64,000 nucleotides of DNA from Candidatus Latescibacterota bacterium (GTDB taxonomy: Bacteria > Latescibacterota > UBA2968 > UBA8231): assembly GCA_965223905.1 (NCBI GenBank), contig CBDCXV010000010.1, positions 96,001-160,000 on the forward strand, read 5' to 3'. The notes below the pieces were generated by a model, which was not told the DNA's origin, ran no database searches, and worked only from the letters and a program-made list of their open reading frames with translations. The translations under genes were made by a program, and so were the position numbers. Below, one piece after another: positions 8,301-17,636 of this stretch. The stretch's first letter is position 1. Every line of letters starts with the position of its first letter.

Positions 8301-9497
8301 TCAGCTGTTCGACCCCACTGCGCGGCGCAGTGGCCCCGCCAGGCTGCCGCGCTCCTCGACGATCACCCCTTCAAGCCCCAACCAGGCGGCCATCGATTCC
8401 AGTTGCACCGCAAGCTCGGAAGCGACCCCGCCGGCTTCGCAACCCGCTTCCAGGTACGCACCCCGCGCGATGAGGGCGCCGTGCGCACGGTCGGCCTTGA
8501 GGTCGACGCGACCCGCCATCTCCTCGCCGATCAGGAACGGAAAAACGTAGTAGCCGTAGCGCCTCTGCGGCGCCGGGACGTAGATCTCGATACGGTAGCG
8601 GAAGTCGAACAGGCGCTCGGTCCGGTCCCGGAACCAGATCAGCGAATCGAACGGGCTGAGCAGGGCGCTGGCACGCACCTGCCGGGGAGCCCGCGCATCG
8701 CGGTGCAGGTAGGCGGGCCGGCTCCAGCCTTCCACCCGCACCTCCACCAGCTCCCCCTCCTCCACCAGTTCCTGTACCCGGGGAAGCGCCTGTGACGTGG
8801 GAATTCGGTAGTAGTCGGCGAGGTCGGCCAGGGTGCCGACGCCGTGGGCGCGGCCGGCAAGACGCAGTAGCTCGCGCTGGGCGTCGTGCGGCGCAGGCGC
8901 GGGTGCGGCCAGCAGATGCTGCGGGATGACCCGCTCGACCAGGTCGTAGACCCGCACGAAGTTCCCGCGCCTCATGGCTGCCAGCCTGCCGGTCGCGAAC
9001 AGCCACTCCAGGGCGAGCTTGCCGTCGCTGCGCCCCCACCAGGGGCGGTTGCGATTGCGGCCCGGATCTTCGAGGTCCGATACCGCCAGCGGCCCCCGCC
9101 CGGCGACCTCCCGGTAGATCGCCTCCACGTAGTCGCCGCGCTCCTGCGCGAAGGCATGCATCGCCCGCGACCGGACGTCCTCCGTGCGGTGCCGCAGGAG
9201 CGGATAATGTTCGACCGGCAACAGCGACGCTTCATGGCCCCAGCCCTCGAACAGCCTCCCCTTGCCGTACGCGTACCCGTCGAAGCGGTCCCGCCGGTAC
9301 GGGCCAAGCCGGGAGAACCCCGGCATGTAGTGGGTGCGCACCGCGACGTTGACGGAGTCGAGCTGCACGATCTTGACCCGGTCGAACAGCCGGTCGAAGT
9401 GGCGGCTGTCGACGCGTCCGGCGGGGGGCCGGTCCGCGAACCCTTGCGCCGCCAGCGCGATACGCCGGGCTTCCCTGGTGGACAGCTCAGTCTTCAT
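8301..9497 (-). CDS. ycaQ: YcaQ-family crosslink-repair DNA glycosylase (HTH_42)
   Basis: ARRIALAAQGF, VQLDSV (QxD), LLSPFDSLIWFRDR, YRIEIYVP--R-YGYY. Confidence 0.9.
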   Translation of the reverse strand: MKTELSTREARRIALAAQGFADRPPAGRVDSRHFDRLFDRVKIVQLDSVNVAVRTHYMPGFSRLGPYRRDRFDGYAYGKGRLFEGWGHEASLLPVEHYPLLRHRTEDVRSRAMHAFAQERGDYVEAIYREVAGRGPLAVSDLEDPGRNRNRPWWGRSDGKLALEWLFATGRLAAMRRGNFVRVYDLVERVIPQHLLAAPAPAPHDAQRELLRLAGRAHGVGTLADLADYYRIPTSQALPRVQELVEEGELVEVRVEGWSRPAYLHRDARAPRQVRASALLSPFDSLIWFRDRTERLFDFRYRIEIYVPAPQRRYGYYVFPFLIGEEMAGRVDLKADRAHGALIARGAYLEAGCEAGGVASELAVQLESMAAWLGLEGVIVEERGSLAGPLRRAVGSNS

Positions 9498-9543
9498 GGA
9501 GATGTCCGACCACAGCCAGAGGAGTTTTCGCCACCTTGTAATG

Positions 9544-9715
9544 GCATTTGAATGTCGATGGCCTGTTCTAAGCCCGTTTGCACGACAATAACCGTTTTGG
9601 AATGGCGACTCCCCGTGGCTAAGGAAATATTTGCATTTGAATGTCCACGGCTTATTCTAAGCCCGTTTGCACGACAATAACCGTTTCCGAATGGCAACCC
9701 CCGTGGCTAAGGAAA
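9544..9715 (+). repeat. Imperfect tandem duplication (two ~84-nt copies, 89-nt period) covering the Fic leader and start
   Basis: GCATTTGAATGTC...TTCTAAGCCCGTTTGCACGACAATAACCGTTT...CCCCGTGGCTAAGGAAA at 9544-9627 and 9633-9715. Confidence 0.92.
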
Positions 9716-11223
9716 AATGGAGCCCCATCGGCCAGGCTTGGCTCAGGAGCGAACTGGACTTGGCAGTCCCTCCGCCGGCGGTAGAGAGCTACGTCGGGGC
9801 AGGTGCGCGGCGAACCGAGGTGCACGGCCCGCGGACCGTGGAACTGTATCCTAGACAATACGCCACGGGCGGTTCGGTCGTGGCGCATCTCCGGTTCGCA
9901 CTGCGCCATGAGCCTGTCGACCTCGGAGTGCTGGTCGCCACCCTCGAGGCAATCGAGGCAGCCGATCTCGAGACCTGGGTAAGGGCGGAGCCCACGGGGG
10001 CCTTCAGCCGGCGCGCATGGTTCTTTTACGAGGCCTTCACCGGCCGGACCTTGGACCTGGACGATACCCGGGCCGGCAACTACGTCATGGCCCTTGATCC
10101 CGGCAGGCATATCACCGCCGAACGCCGCAATTCCCCGCGGCACCGCGTGGCCGACAACCTTCTCGGCGGTCCCGGTCTGTGCCCCACCATCAGACGCACA
10201 CCGAGACTGATGGAGCAGATTGCCATGCGGGTGGGCGTGGAGGCGCGCGCGCTCATCGAAAGCTATGACCCGGTCATTCTCGCCCGGGCCGTAAACTACC
10301 TCTACACCAAGGAGACACGCTCCTCGTTCGCCATCGAGGGCGAAAGCCCCAGCCCCCGGCGCACCGAGCGGTTCGTCGCCGCGCTCAAGGAGGCGCCCGA
10401 CTTCGACCCGGCCGACAAGGCCGCTCTGATTCGCCTGCAGGGCGAGATCGTCGACCCCCGTTACGCAGCGACCGCCTGGCGCGACTTTCAGAACTTCGTA
10501 GGCGCGACTGGAGGGGGCTATCGCGAGGAGGTGCATTTCATCTGCCCGCGCCCCGAAGACGTTTCGGGCCTCATGAACGCCTGGATGAGCATGACACGGC
10601 GCGTTGTCGAGGGAGGCGTCGATCCCGTCGTCGCAGCGGCAATCTCCGCCTTCACCTTCGTCTTCATCCACCCGTTCGAGGACGGGAACGGTCGCATCCA
10701 TCGCTTCCTGATACATCACGTCCTCGCAAAGCGGGGCTACAGCCCGCCCGGTGTCGTATTTCCCGTCTCCGCGGCCATTCTGCGCGACCGGCGCAGCTAC
10801 GATGAAGTGCTCGAAACCTTCTCGCGGGCGATTCTCGAATTCATCCAATGGCATTGGACGGAGGAGGGAGAGATTGCGGTCGGGAACAGGACGGCCGATC
10901 TCTACCGCTACTTCGACGCCACCCCGTTCGCCGAATATCTGTACGACCGCGTGGTCGACACGGTTCGCCGGGATCTCAAGGAGGAACTTGGATTCATTGC
11001 CGTCTTCGACCAGGCCTTTGAAGCGGTGCGCGAGATCGTCGACATGCCGGACCGCCGGGCTTCCCTGTTCGTGCGCCTCTGCATGCAGAACGGAGGGCGG
11101 CTTTCCGCGGCGAAACGGCAGCGCTTTCCCGAGCTGGACGACGCGGAAGTGGCCGCGATGGAGGCGGGGGTCCGGGAAGCGACGGGACCTGAGACCGGAC
11201 GCTCCGGAGACGAATCCCGTTGA
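9691..11223 (+). CDS. Fic-family protein (AMP transferase motif, class II-like)
   Basis: HPFEDGNGRIHR catalytic motif; upstream SFAIEG inhibitory (S/T)xxxE(G/N) motif; ATG at 9691 preferred over TTG at 9667. Confidence 0.92.
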   Translation: MATPVAKEKWSPIGQAWLRSELDLAVPPPAVESYVGAGARRTEVHGPRTVELYPRQYATGGSVVAHLRFALRHEPVDLGVLVATLEAIEAADLETWVRAEPTGAFSRRAWFFYEAFTGRTLDLDDTRAGNYVMALDPGRHITAERRNSPRHRVADNLLGGPGLCPTIRRTPRLMEQIAMRVGVEARALIESYDPVILARAVNYLYTKETRSSFAIEGESPSPRRTERFVAALKEAPDFDPADKAALIRLQGEIVDPRYAATAWRDFQNFVGATGGGYREEVHFICPRPEDVSGLMNAWMSMTRRVVEGGVDPVVAAAISAFTFVFIHPFEDGNGRIHRFLIHHVLAKRGYSPPGVVFPVSAAILRDRRSYDEVLETFSRAILEFIQWHWTEEGEIAVGNRTADLYRYFDATPFAEYLYDRVVDTVRRDLKEELGFIAVFDQAFEAVREIVDMPDRRASLFVRLCMQNGGRLSAAKRQRFPELDDAEVAAMEAGVREATGPETGRSGDESR

Positions 11224-11350
11224 ATTCCGTATCCGTCCGGACATGACGGTCCCCTATCAGTCGTCAGCTGCTCCCCCCTCACGGAGGCGGAAGTGTTCCC
11301 CACCCAACCCCATTCCGGCGTCTGAAAGGTGCCGTCGATGAAAGCAATCC

Positions 11351-11800
11351 ATGTCGATAACGATCTACAGTGACGGCGCCTGCTCGGGAAACCCGGGTCC
11401 GGGCGGCTGGGCGGCGCGCCTGAAGTACGATGGCGGCCGCGTCCGCGAACTCGCCGGAGCCGAGCCGGACACCACCAACAACCGCATGGAGCTGCAGGCC
11501 GCCATCGAGGGGCTGAGGTTCGTTGGCCGCGGCGAGCCGGTCACCATGGTGACCGACAGCCAGTACCTGCTGAAGGGGATCACCCGGTGGATCCACGGCT
11601 GGAAGAGGAAGCAGTGGAAGACCGCGGCGCGGAAGCCGGTGCTGAATCAGGACCTGTGGAGGGCCCTGGACGAGCTCAACAGCAGCAGCGTGAAGTGGCA
11701 GTACACCCGCGGCCACGCCGGCGACCCGGACAACGAGCGCTGCGACGACCTCGCCCAGGCCTTTTCCCGCGGCGAGCAGCCGCCGCTGGAAGACGGCTGA
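11351..11800 (+). CDS. rnhA: Ribonuclease HI
   Basis: SDGACSGNPGPGGW, TTNNRMEL, TDSQY, NQDLW, GHAG-P-NE-CD. Confidence 0.97.
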   Translation: MSITIYSDGACSGNPGPGGWAARLKYDGGRVRELAGAEPDTTNNRMELQAAIEGLRFVGRGEPVTMVTDSQYLLKGITRWIHGWKRKQWKTAARKPVLNQDLWRALDELNSSSVKWQYTRGHAGDPDNERCDDLAQAFSRGEQPPLEDG

Positions 11801-11809
11801 CGGCCCGGG

Positions 11810-12577
11810 TCAGACCCACCGCCACAGCCAGTAGGCGGTGTAGCCGACGTACTCCTTGACCGCCCGCGTCGAGTAGCGCAGCCAGCGCGCATCCGGAACC
11901 AGGCGCAGCAGCGACCACTTCTTCGGCACCACCGCGATATCGGTCGGGGCCGGCACCACGGACAACCCCTGGCGGGTGAAGGCCGCGGCCGCCCGGCGCA
12001 TGTGCGACGCCGAGGTGACCAGGAGAATGCGGCCGGCCTCGATGCCGCGCAGGAGCTCGGCACAGGCGACGGCGTTCTCCCGCGTCGTTCGCGAAGAGGT
12101 GTCGAGCAGCACCGTCTCCCCGGGCACGCCGTACTCCAGCGCCAGCCGCTTCATCTGCTCCGCTTCGCTCATGGCGCTGCCGCCGATGCGGCCCCCGCTG
12201 AGCAGGATCACCGGGGCCTTGCCGGCCCGCAGCAGCCGCATGCCGTGCAGCAGGCGGTCGAATCCCTCCTCGACGTGAACGGAGACCCGCGGTGCCGCCG
12301 GAGAAGACGTGACTCCACCCAGCACCACGATGGCGTCGGCCTCGGGGTGCGCCTCCGGCTCCAGGGGCGCGAAGTCATCCTCCAGGGATCCGAGGAGCCT
12401 GCCTGCGACAATCGGGGTGCTGAAAAGAAGCAGCAGCAGGATCCCCGCCGCGGCGCAGGAACCGGCCCGCTTCGTGCGCCGGCTCACCAGGAACCAGAGC
12501 GCGGCGAGCCAGAGGGCCGTGGAGATGCCGAGAGGGCTTAGAAGGGGGGTGAACAGCTGCGACAGGAAGATGTACAT
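11810..12577 (-). CDS. YdcF/ElyC (DUF218) family membrane-anchored protein
   Basis: Two N-terminal TM segments, AIVVLGG, SGG...SEAEQM, SRTTRENA, LVTSASHMRRA, KEYVG. Confidence 0.9.
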   Translation of the reverse strand: MYIFLSQLFTPLLSPLGISTALWLAALWFLVSRRTKRAGSCAAAGILLLLLFSTPIVAGRLLGSLEDDFAPLEPEAHPEADAIVVLGGVTSSPAAPRVSVHVEEGFDRLLHGMRLLRAGKAPVILLSGGRIGGSAMSEAEQMKRLALEYGVPGETVLLDTSSRTTRENAVACAELLRGIEAGRILLVTSASHMRRAAAAFTRQGLSVVPAPTDIAVVPKKWSLLRLVPDARWLRYSTRAVKEYVGYTAYWLWRWV

Positions 12578-12863
12578 CGGCCCCAATATAACCCGGTGAA
12601 AACCGCGTCGCGCAGGGGTTGCGGGCGGCATGCAGGCCGGGCCCAGTCCCGGGGACCGGTGCCGGCAGGAGGTTGCCGGGAAGCATCATCCTGCTGTCAT
12701 GCCTGGGCGAGCGAAGTCTGCGTGAGAACGAGGGCGAGGGAAACCAGGTCCTTCGCCGATGCGGCCGGCTCGCCGGGCGCCTGAACGAGTCGTGCGAAGT
12801 GAGTACGGCGCGCCGGTCAGGCCGGATAGTCAGGCACTTCGGGATCCCGGGTGGCCCCCGGGC

Positions 12864-13592
12864 CTACTCCCAGGTCTTTCCGCCGTCGGTCGATATGCGG
12901 CTGCGCGTCTTCCATTTGTCGACGTCGTCCTCCGCGTCGATATCGGCCCGTTTCGTCACCGCGACCTCGACGCCGACCTCGCCGCTGCCGTCGGGCCGGT
13001 TGGTTTCGATGCGCACGCTCTTGAACTCGAGGTCCGCATCCTCGAGCCCGCGGACGACCTCGCGCTGAACCCGCATCTGCCGGACTTCGAGCGCCTCCCG
13101 GCTGATGCCGGTCACCTTGAAGCGGACAACGAGCCGCCCGAGGTCGGGATCGAGGCTGATGCCGTAGAAGTCTCCGAACTCCGGATCGATGATCCTGGAG
13201 GCTTCGGCCGTATGGCGATGCAGTGTCGCGCGCGGCGGCCGCCGGACCGCGGGCTCGCGAGTGCTCTTCTTTTCCTTGCGGCCGGTTTCCCGAGGCCGGT
13301 CGACCGCCTCCTCACCCGGCTCGAACCCCCGCAGCGACGGCCCCCAAATCCACCCCTCGACGTTGATCCGCACCCATTTCCCCTCCTGCTCGAGCTCTTC
13401 GACCTCGACCCCCTTGACGAGCGTCCCGATCTGCTCGCCGTTGGGGCTCGAGCGGATGTTCTCCACCGGCTTTTCGACCTCGAGCCGTCGCGCCCCGAGC
13501 AGATCGTCCACCCCGATTGCGACGGTCGCCCCGGCAACCGGGACGACAAGGAGAGCGCGGTAGAGGCTGGCCGTCAGTCTTCTGCGTTTCAT
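12864..13592 (-). CDS. Exported hypothetical protein with SH3-like N-terminal domain
   Basis: Basic then hydrophobic N-terminus; NIRSSPNGEQIGTL--G--VEELEQEGKWVRINVEGWIW resembles bacterial SH3; charged linker. Confidence 0.65.
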   Translation of the reverse strand: MKRRRLTASLYRALLVVPVAGATVAIGVDDLLGARRLEVEKPVENIRSSPNGEQIGTLVKGVEVEELEQEGKWVRINVEGWIWGPSLRGFEPGEEAVDRPRETGRKEKKSTREPAVRRPPRATLHRHTAEASRIIDPEFGDFYGISLDPDLGRLVVRFKVTGISREALEVRQMRVQREVVRGLEDADLEFKSVRIETNRPDGSGEVGVEVAVTKRADIDAEDDVDKWKTRSRISTDGGKTWE

Positions 13593-13782
13593 GTCTTGAA
13601 CTCCCTGTGCTGCCCTGAGTTGTCTGGTTGTGCGTTGCGGCACGGCCCCCACAAGGGACCGTTCCGGATTCAGGTATCGGGGCGATGCCCCCCTGTCAAG
13701 CTATGCGGATTATGCCGGCGTTCCCTGAAAAATAAGGTGAGGTGCGGCTCCGATGCGGCCCGTGCCTTCCGCCGCGGAACCC

Positions 13783-13932
13783 TCACTGGCCCTGGGTGAC
13801 CCGTTCGGCGAAATCGGTGGCGTAGTAGAAAAGGAAGGTCACCACCGCGGCGATGGCGACGGCAAGGCCGACCACCAGCCAGGCTTCGTACCTGGGGGGG
13901 CGCGGAGGCGGCCGGTTTTCAAGACCGAACAT
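13783..13932 (-). CDS. 49-aa single-pass membrane protein
   Basis: Below ORF-track cutoff. MFGLENRPPPRPPRYEAWLVVGLAVAIAAVVTFLFYYATDFAERVTQGQ; GC-rich third positions; GAGAG upstream. Confidence 0.6.
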   Translation of the reverse strand: MFGLENRPPPRPPRYEAWLVVGLAVAIAAVVTFLFYYATDFAERVTQGQ

Positions 13933-14147
13933 GGGTGCGGCTCTCTTCGGCGGTTGTCACCGCTCAGGTGAACGGTTGGCGGAAGTGCCATTCGAAAGGT
14001 CGCTTTCGGAAACAGGCCGGGCAATGCGCATGTCCGTGCAAGGAACCGGATTCTCGGCCCCGGGGTCGATTGACACTGCCGGAACCCGCCGTTACCGTCA
14101 CGCCGACCCGCCCCCCTGAACGGCGTCGAGCCGACCACCGCCCCCAC

Positions 14148-14840
14148 ATGCTGCCCTTCCACCGCTCTGCCGCCATCCTCCTTCCAGCGGTTGCCGCCTC
14201 CGTCCTCATTCCCTGGACCGCCGACGACTTCGACAGGAACGCCGCTCTCGACATCGAGCTGGTGCGCTCCGGGAAGGTCGAGTACCGGGGGATCGAGGCC
14301 AGCTTCGAGGAGCTGTCGCGGGCCTACGCGCTGACGGTCTTTTCCGAAGCGGAATTCCTCGGCTGGTCGGCGATCCCCAACCCCACCCATCCCGAGGCGC
14401 AGGCCCTGGTAACCTGCCGCTTCCGCGTCGCCGCAGTGGCCCCCCGTCCTCCCGCTGGCGGCGCGGACGCCGAGGAGGCGCGACAACGCTCGGTCCCCTC
14501 CCTCGAGGTCACCTGGTGTCTCAACACCCTCGCAGGCATCGGGATCGCCGCGCACGACGTTATCTCGCGCGACGCCGTCGCCACCTTCCGCGGCACTGTC
14601 GACGATTTCCTCGACCGCCTCGTTCTCGTCGCGGAGGGGAGCGCCTGCCGGCGCCGGGGGCCCGGACCGGACCACGCCGTCGTCGACACCCTGGAGGCCG
14701 GAACCGCGCTCGTGCGCGAGGAGGAAGCGGGGGAATGGACGCGGGTGCGGCCGGCCGGCTCCAGCGTGCACGGCGCCTCCCCGGAGGGGAGCGGCTGGCT
14801 GCGCAGCGACCGGCTGGTGCGGGTGTCGGAGATCGATTGA
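14148..14840 (+). CDS. Exported hypothetical protein with C-terminal SH3b-like domain
   Basis: Hydrophobic N-terminus; CRRRGPGPDHAVVDTLEAG...GEWTRV...GWLRSD pattern. Confidence 0.6.
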   Translation: MLPFHRSAAILLPAVAASVLIPWTADDFDRNAALDIELVRSGKVEYRGIEASFEELSRAYALTVFSEAEFLGWSAIPNPTHPEAQALVTCRFRVAAVAPRPPAGGADAEEARQRSVPSLEVTWCLNTLAGIGIAAHDVISRDAVATFRGTVDDFLDRLVLVAEGSACRRRGPGPDHAVVDTLEAGTALVREEEAGEWTRVRPAGSSVHGASPEGSGWLRSDRLVRVSEID

Positions 14841-14975
14841 GGACCCTGGAGCCCGCCGGAATCCCTCCTGACAGGCGCGTCGGCGGGCAAGAATGGGCTT
14901 GACGAACTGGAGCCGGGGCTTTAACTCTGTCGAGTGGCCTGTTGCGATCAGGCCCTGCTTTGCAAAACAGCCATA

Positions 14976-15166
14976 TCGGCGCAGGTGTCCGCTGCCGGCG
15001 GCAGCGGAAGAATAGGGAAGGCAGTGCGAATCTGCCGCGGTCCCGCCACTGTGACCGGTAGAACGGCCCTCGGGCCGTAGCGCCCCGGCGTCACCCACTG
15101 ATCCCCAGGATCGGGAAGGAGTCGGACGGCGTCCTACCGGAAGTCAGGAGACCTGCCTGCGACCGA
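14976..15166 (+). ncRNA. Cobalamin (AdoCbl) riboswitch
   Basis: CAGGTG...AATAGGGAAG-CAGTGCGAATCTGC-GCGG-CCCGCCACTGT...CCACTG...GGGAAG...AAGTCAGGAGACCTGCC (B12 box), upstream of cobalamin uptake genes. Confidence 0.95.
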
Positions 15167-15202
15167 GGTGAACGGAACCCTTCGGCAGAAAGGTGGTCAC
15201 CG

Positions 15203-17485
15203 GTGCGCGGCACACGCGGCCAGACCCGCTCTCGAACGAGGGCGGGTTTTTTCATTCCCCCCCTCCTCCTGTTGGGCCTCCTTCCCGCCCTGCATCCCGG
15301 GGCTGCATCGGCCGGGGTCCTGCAGGGAAGACTGATCGACCAGGCCACCGGAGCTCCGCTGTCCGGGGCCGTGTTGACCCTGCGCGCCCCGTCCTCCGGG
15401 AAGGTCCATTCCGCGCGCAGCGACACCTCCGGCTCCTTCCGCCTCGAGAACCTCTCTCCGGGAACCTGGGACCTGCGCCTGGAGCGGCTGGGGTACCGGC
15501 CTCTGCGGCTCCCCCTCCGTATCGGCGCCGGCCCCACCTCGGTCGAGTGGCGCCTGGAGCCCCTCCCCCTGCTCGTGGACGAACTGATCGTCCGCGCCCG
15601 CCGCCATCCCGGGGAAGAGCATGTCGCCGCCTTTGTCGAGACCATCCCCCTCGACGGACCCCGCCCCCCGGGAGCGGACCTGGCACGGACCCTAGACCGC
15701 GCCGCCGGCGTCAACGTGCGCCGCTACGGCGGGCTCGGAAGCTTCAGCACCCTTTCCATCCGCGGCTCCACCGCCGAGCAGGTTCAGGTCTTCCTCGACG
15801 GGGTTCCCCTGAACCACGCCGTGGGCGGGGGGGTCGACCTGGGGGGACTGCCCGTTGGCGGCCTCGCCAGCGTCGAGATCTACCGCGGGGCGGTGCCGCA
15901 GCGCTTCGGCGGCAACAGCCTCGGCGGGGTGGTCCACCTGCGCACGCGACCGCTCGGGAGCAGCCACCGCACGCTCCTGCATACCGCCAGCGGCTCCTAC
16001 GGCACCCGCAAGCTGGGAGCCTCGATCCGCGGCCCCTGGAAGGATTGGGAGTACCTGGGGCTCGTCGATTTCCGTGCCAGCCGCAACGACTTCCGCTTCC
16101 TGGACGACAACGGCACCGAGTACAACGACGGGGACGACGGCTGGGCGCGGCGGCTCAACAGCGATTTCCGCGGCCTGCGCGGACTCGCCAAGATCGGGCG
16201 CCCCCTCGGCGCCGGCCGCCTGCAGGTCCACAACACCTTCGACCTGAGCCGCAAAGGCATCCCCGGGATCGGGAACAACCAGTCCCTGCACACCCGCTTC
16301 GGCACCTGGCGCCATATCGTCGAAGCCGCGCTCTTCGGCCCGCTGGCGCGCGGCCGCGCCGGGTACCGGCTGAAGGCCCACCACTCCTGGTCCGAGGAGG
16401 AGTACAGGGACCTGCGCGGCGAAGTCGGCCTCGGCCGCCAGCACGACCGCAACACCACCGGGGGCCTGGGCCTGAGGGGGGAAGTCAACGCCCTGCTTCC
16501 CGGCCAGTCCCTTTTAACCGCATTCGTCGCCGCCCGGCGCGAGACCTTTGTCCCCGACGACCTGCTGCGGCCGGACAGCCGGCTCCTGCGCAGCCGCCGC
16601 CGGGCCCTGGTTGCCGGCACCGAGGTGGAGATGCCGTTGGGGCAGCGCCTGACCCTCAATGCGGGCACCCAGGCCGAAGGGCTCGACGACCGCTTTTTCG
16701 ACCGCAAGAACTTCGCTCCCGGCGCCGTGTTGCCGAGCCGGAACAACCGCCAAATCCTCTGGGGCTACCGCATGGGGGCGACCCTGGACCTGGGAGCCGG
16801 CCTCGCCCTCAAGGCCCACGAGGGCCGCTATCGGCGCGCGCCCAACTTCTTCGAGCTCTTCGGCGACCGGGGCGCGGTCGTCGGCAATACCGGCCTCGTC
16901 AGCGAGCAGGGGCACAACCGGGATCTGGGCCTGGTTTTCCGGGGCCCTGCCCGAACCCCTGGGTTGGTCCTTGCCGAGGCCGTGTACTATCGCAATCGCG
17001 TCGAAGACCTCATCCGCTTCATGCAGAACTCACAGCGGGTGTCGCGGCCCCACAACCTGGGGCGGGCCCTGCTGCGCGGCGTGGAAACACGGATCGAGGC
17101 GCGGGTGTTGCCGGCGCTGAAGATCCGCGGCGGCTACGCGTACCAGCGCGCCGAGAACCGCACTCCGTTCTCGTTCGAACGGGGCAACGACCTGCCCAAT
17201 GCACCTCGCCATCGGCTCAATACCCGCGCCTCTCTCGATCTGGGACATGGGGAGCTGTACGGCGAATTCAGCCGCGAGAGCCGGCACTTCCTCGACCGGG
17301 CCAATCTGCGCGCCGTGCCGGTTCGCACCCTGTACAACCTCGGCGGCATCGTGCCGCTGGGCGGGGGCCTCGTCCTTTCCTGGGAGCTGCGCAACCTGAC
17401 CGGCAACCGGGTGGCGGATCTGTGGGGGTACCCGCTCCCGGGCCGCTCCTACGGGTTTTCGGCGCAGTATGCCGGCCGTCCGTGA
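15203..17485 (+). CDS. TonB-dependent cobalamin receptor (BtuB-like) with N-terminal carboxypeptidase-regulatory-like domain
   Basis: Plug motifs SIRGST-EQVQVFLDGVPLN, VEIYRG...GGVV; C-terminal NLT...GYPLPGRSY; first gene after the riboswitch. Start uncertain. Confidence 0.88.
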   Translation: MRGTRGQTRSRTRAGFFIPPLLLLGLLPALHPGAASAGVLQGRLIDQATGAPLSGAVLTLRAPSSGKVHSARSDTSGSFRLENLSPGTWDLRLERLGYRPLRLPLRIGAGPTSVEWRLEPLPLLVDELIVRARRHPGEEHVAAFVETIPLDGPRPPGADLARTLDRAAGVNVRRYGGLGSFSTLSIRGSTAEQVQVFLDGVPLNHAVGGGVDLGGLPVGGLASVEIYRGAVPQRFGGNSLGGVVHLRTRPLGSSHRTLLHTASGSYGTRKLGASIRGPWKDWEYLGLVDFRASRNDFRFLDDNGTEYNDGDDGWARRLNSDFRGLRGLAKIGRPLGAGRLQVHNTFDLSRKGIPGIGNNQSLHTRFGTWRHIVEAALFGPLARGRAGYRLKAHHSWSEEEYRDLRGEVGLGRQHDRNTTGGLGLRGEVNALLPGQSLLTAFVAARRETFVPDDLLRPDSRLLRSRRRALVAGTEVEMPLGQRLTLNAGTQAEGLDDRFFDRKNFAPGAVLPSRNNRQILWGYRMGATLDLGAGLALKAHEGRYRRAPNFFELFGDRGAVVGNTGLVSEQGHNRDLGLVFRGPARTPGLVLAEAVYYRNRVEDLIRFMQNSQRVSRPHNLGRALLRGVETRIEARVLPALKIRGGYAYQRAENRTPFSFERGNDLPNAPRHRLNTRASLDLGHGELYGEFSRESRHFLDRANLRAVPVRTLYNLGGIVPLGGGLVLSWELRNLTGNRVADLWGYPLPGRSYGFSAQYAGRP
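15224..15252 (+). terminator. Intrinsic terminator, probable riboswitch expression platform
   Basis: ACCCGCTCTC-GAAC-GAGGGCGGGT stem-loop followed by a T run. Confidence 0.75.
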
Positions 17486-17636
17486 ACCGCCGGCAGGAGG
17501 CGGGCTGTGATGCCTGCTCATGCCCTTATGCAGATCGGGCGCATCGCGTCCTGGCCTCACCTCGACTTTGGCGTGGAAGAACCACGCTCCCGCACATCAA
17601 CTGGCCCCAGAACCTGTTTCCAAGAGGAGGATTTCC

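Noticed and set aside
9652-11244. 530-aa ORF antisense to the Fic gene
   Set aside because: Shadow ORF from GC-rich codon bias; the plus strand carries the family motifs.
14899-14926. Sigma70 promoter for the riboswitch leader (TTGACG...TTAACT)
   Set aside because: Good -35 but weak -10 and 16-nt spacing; plausible but not supportable.
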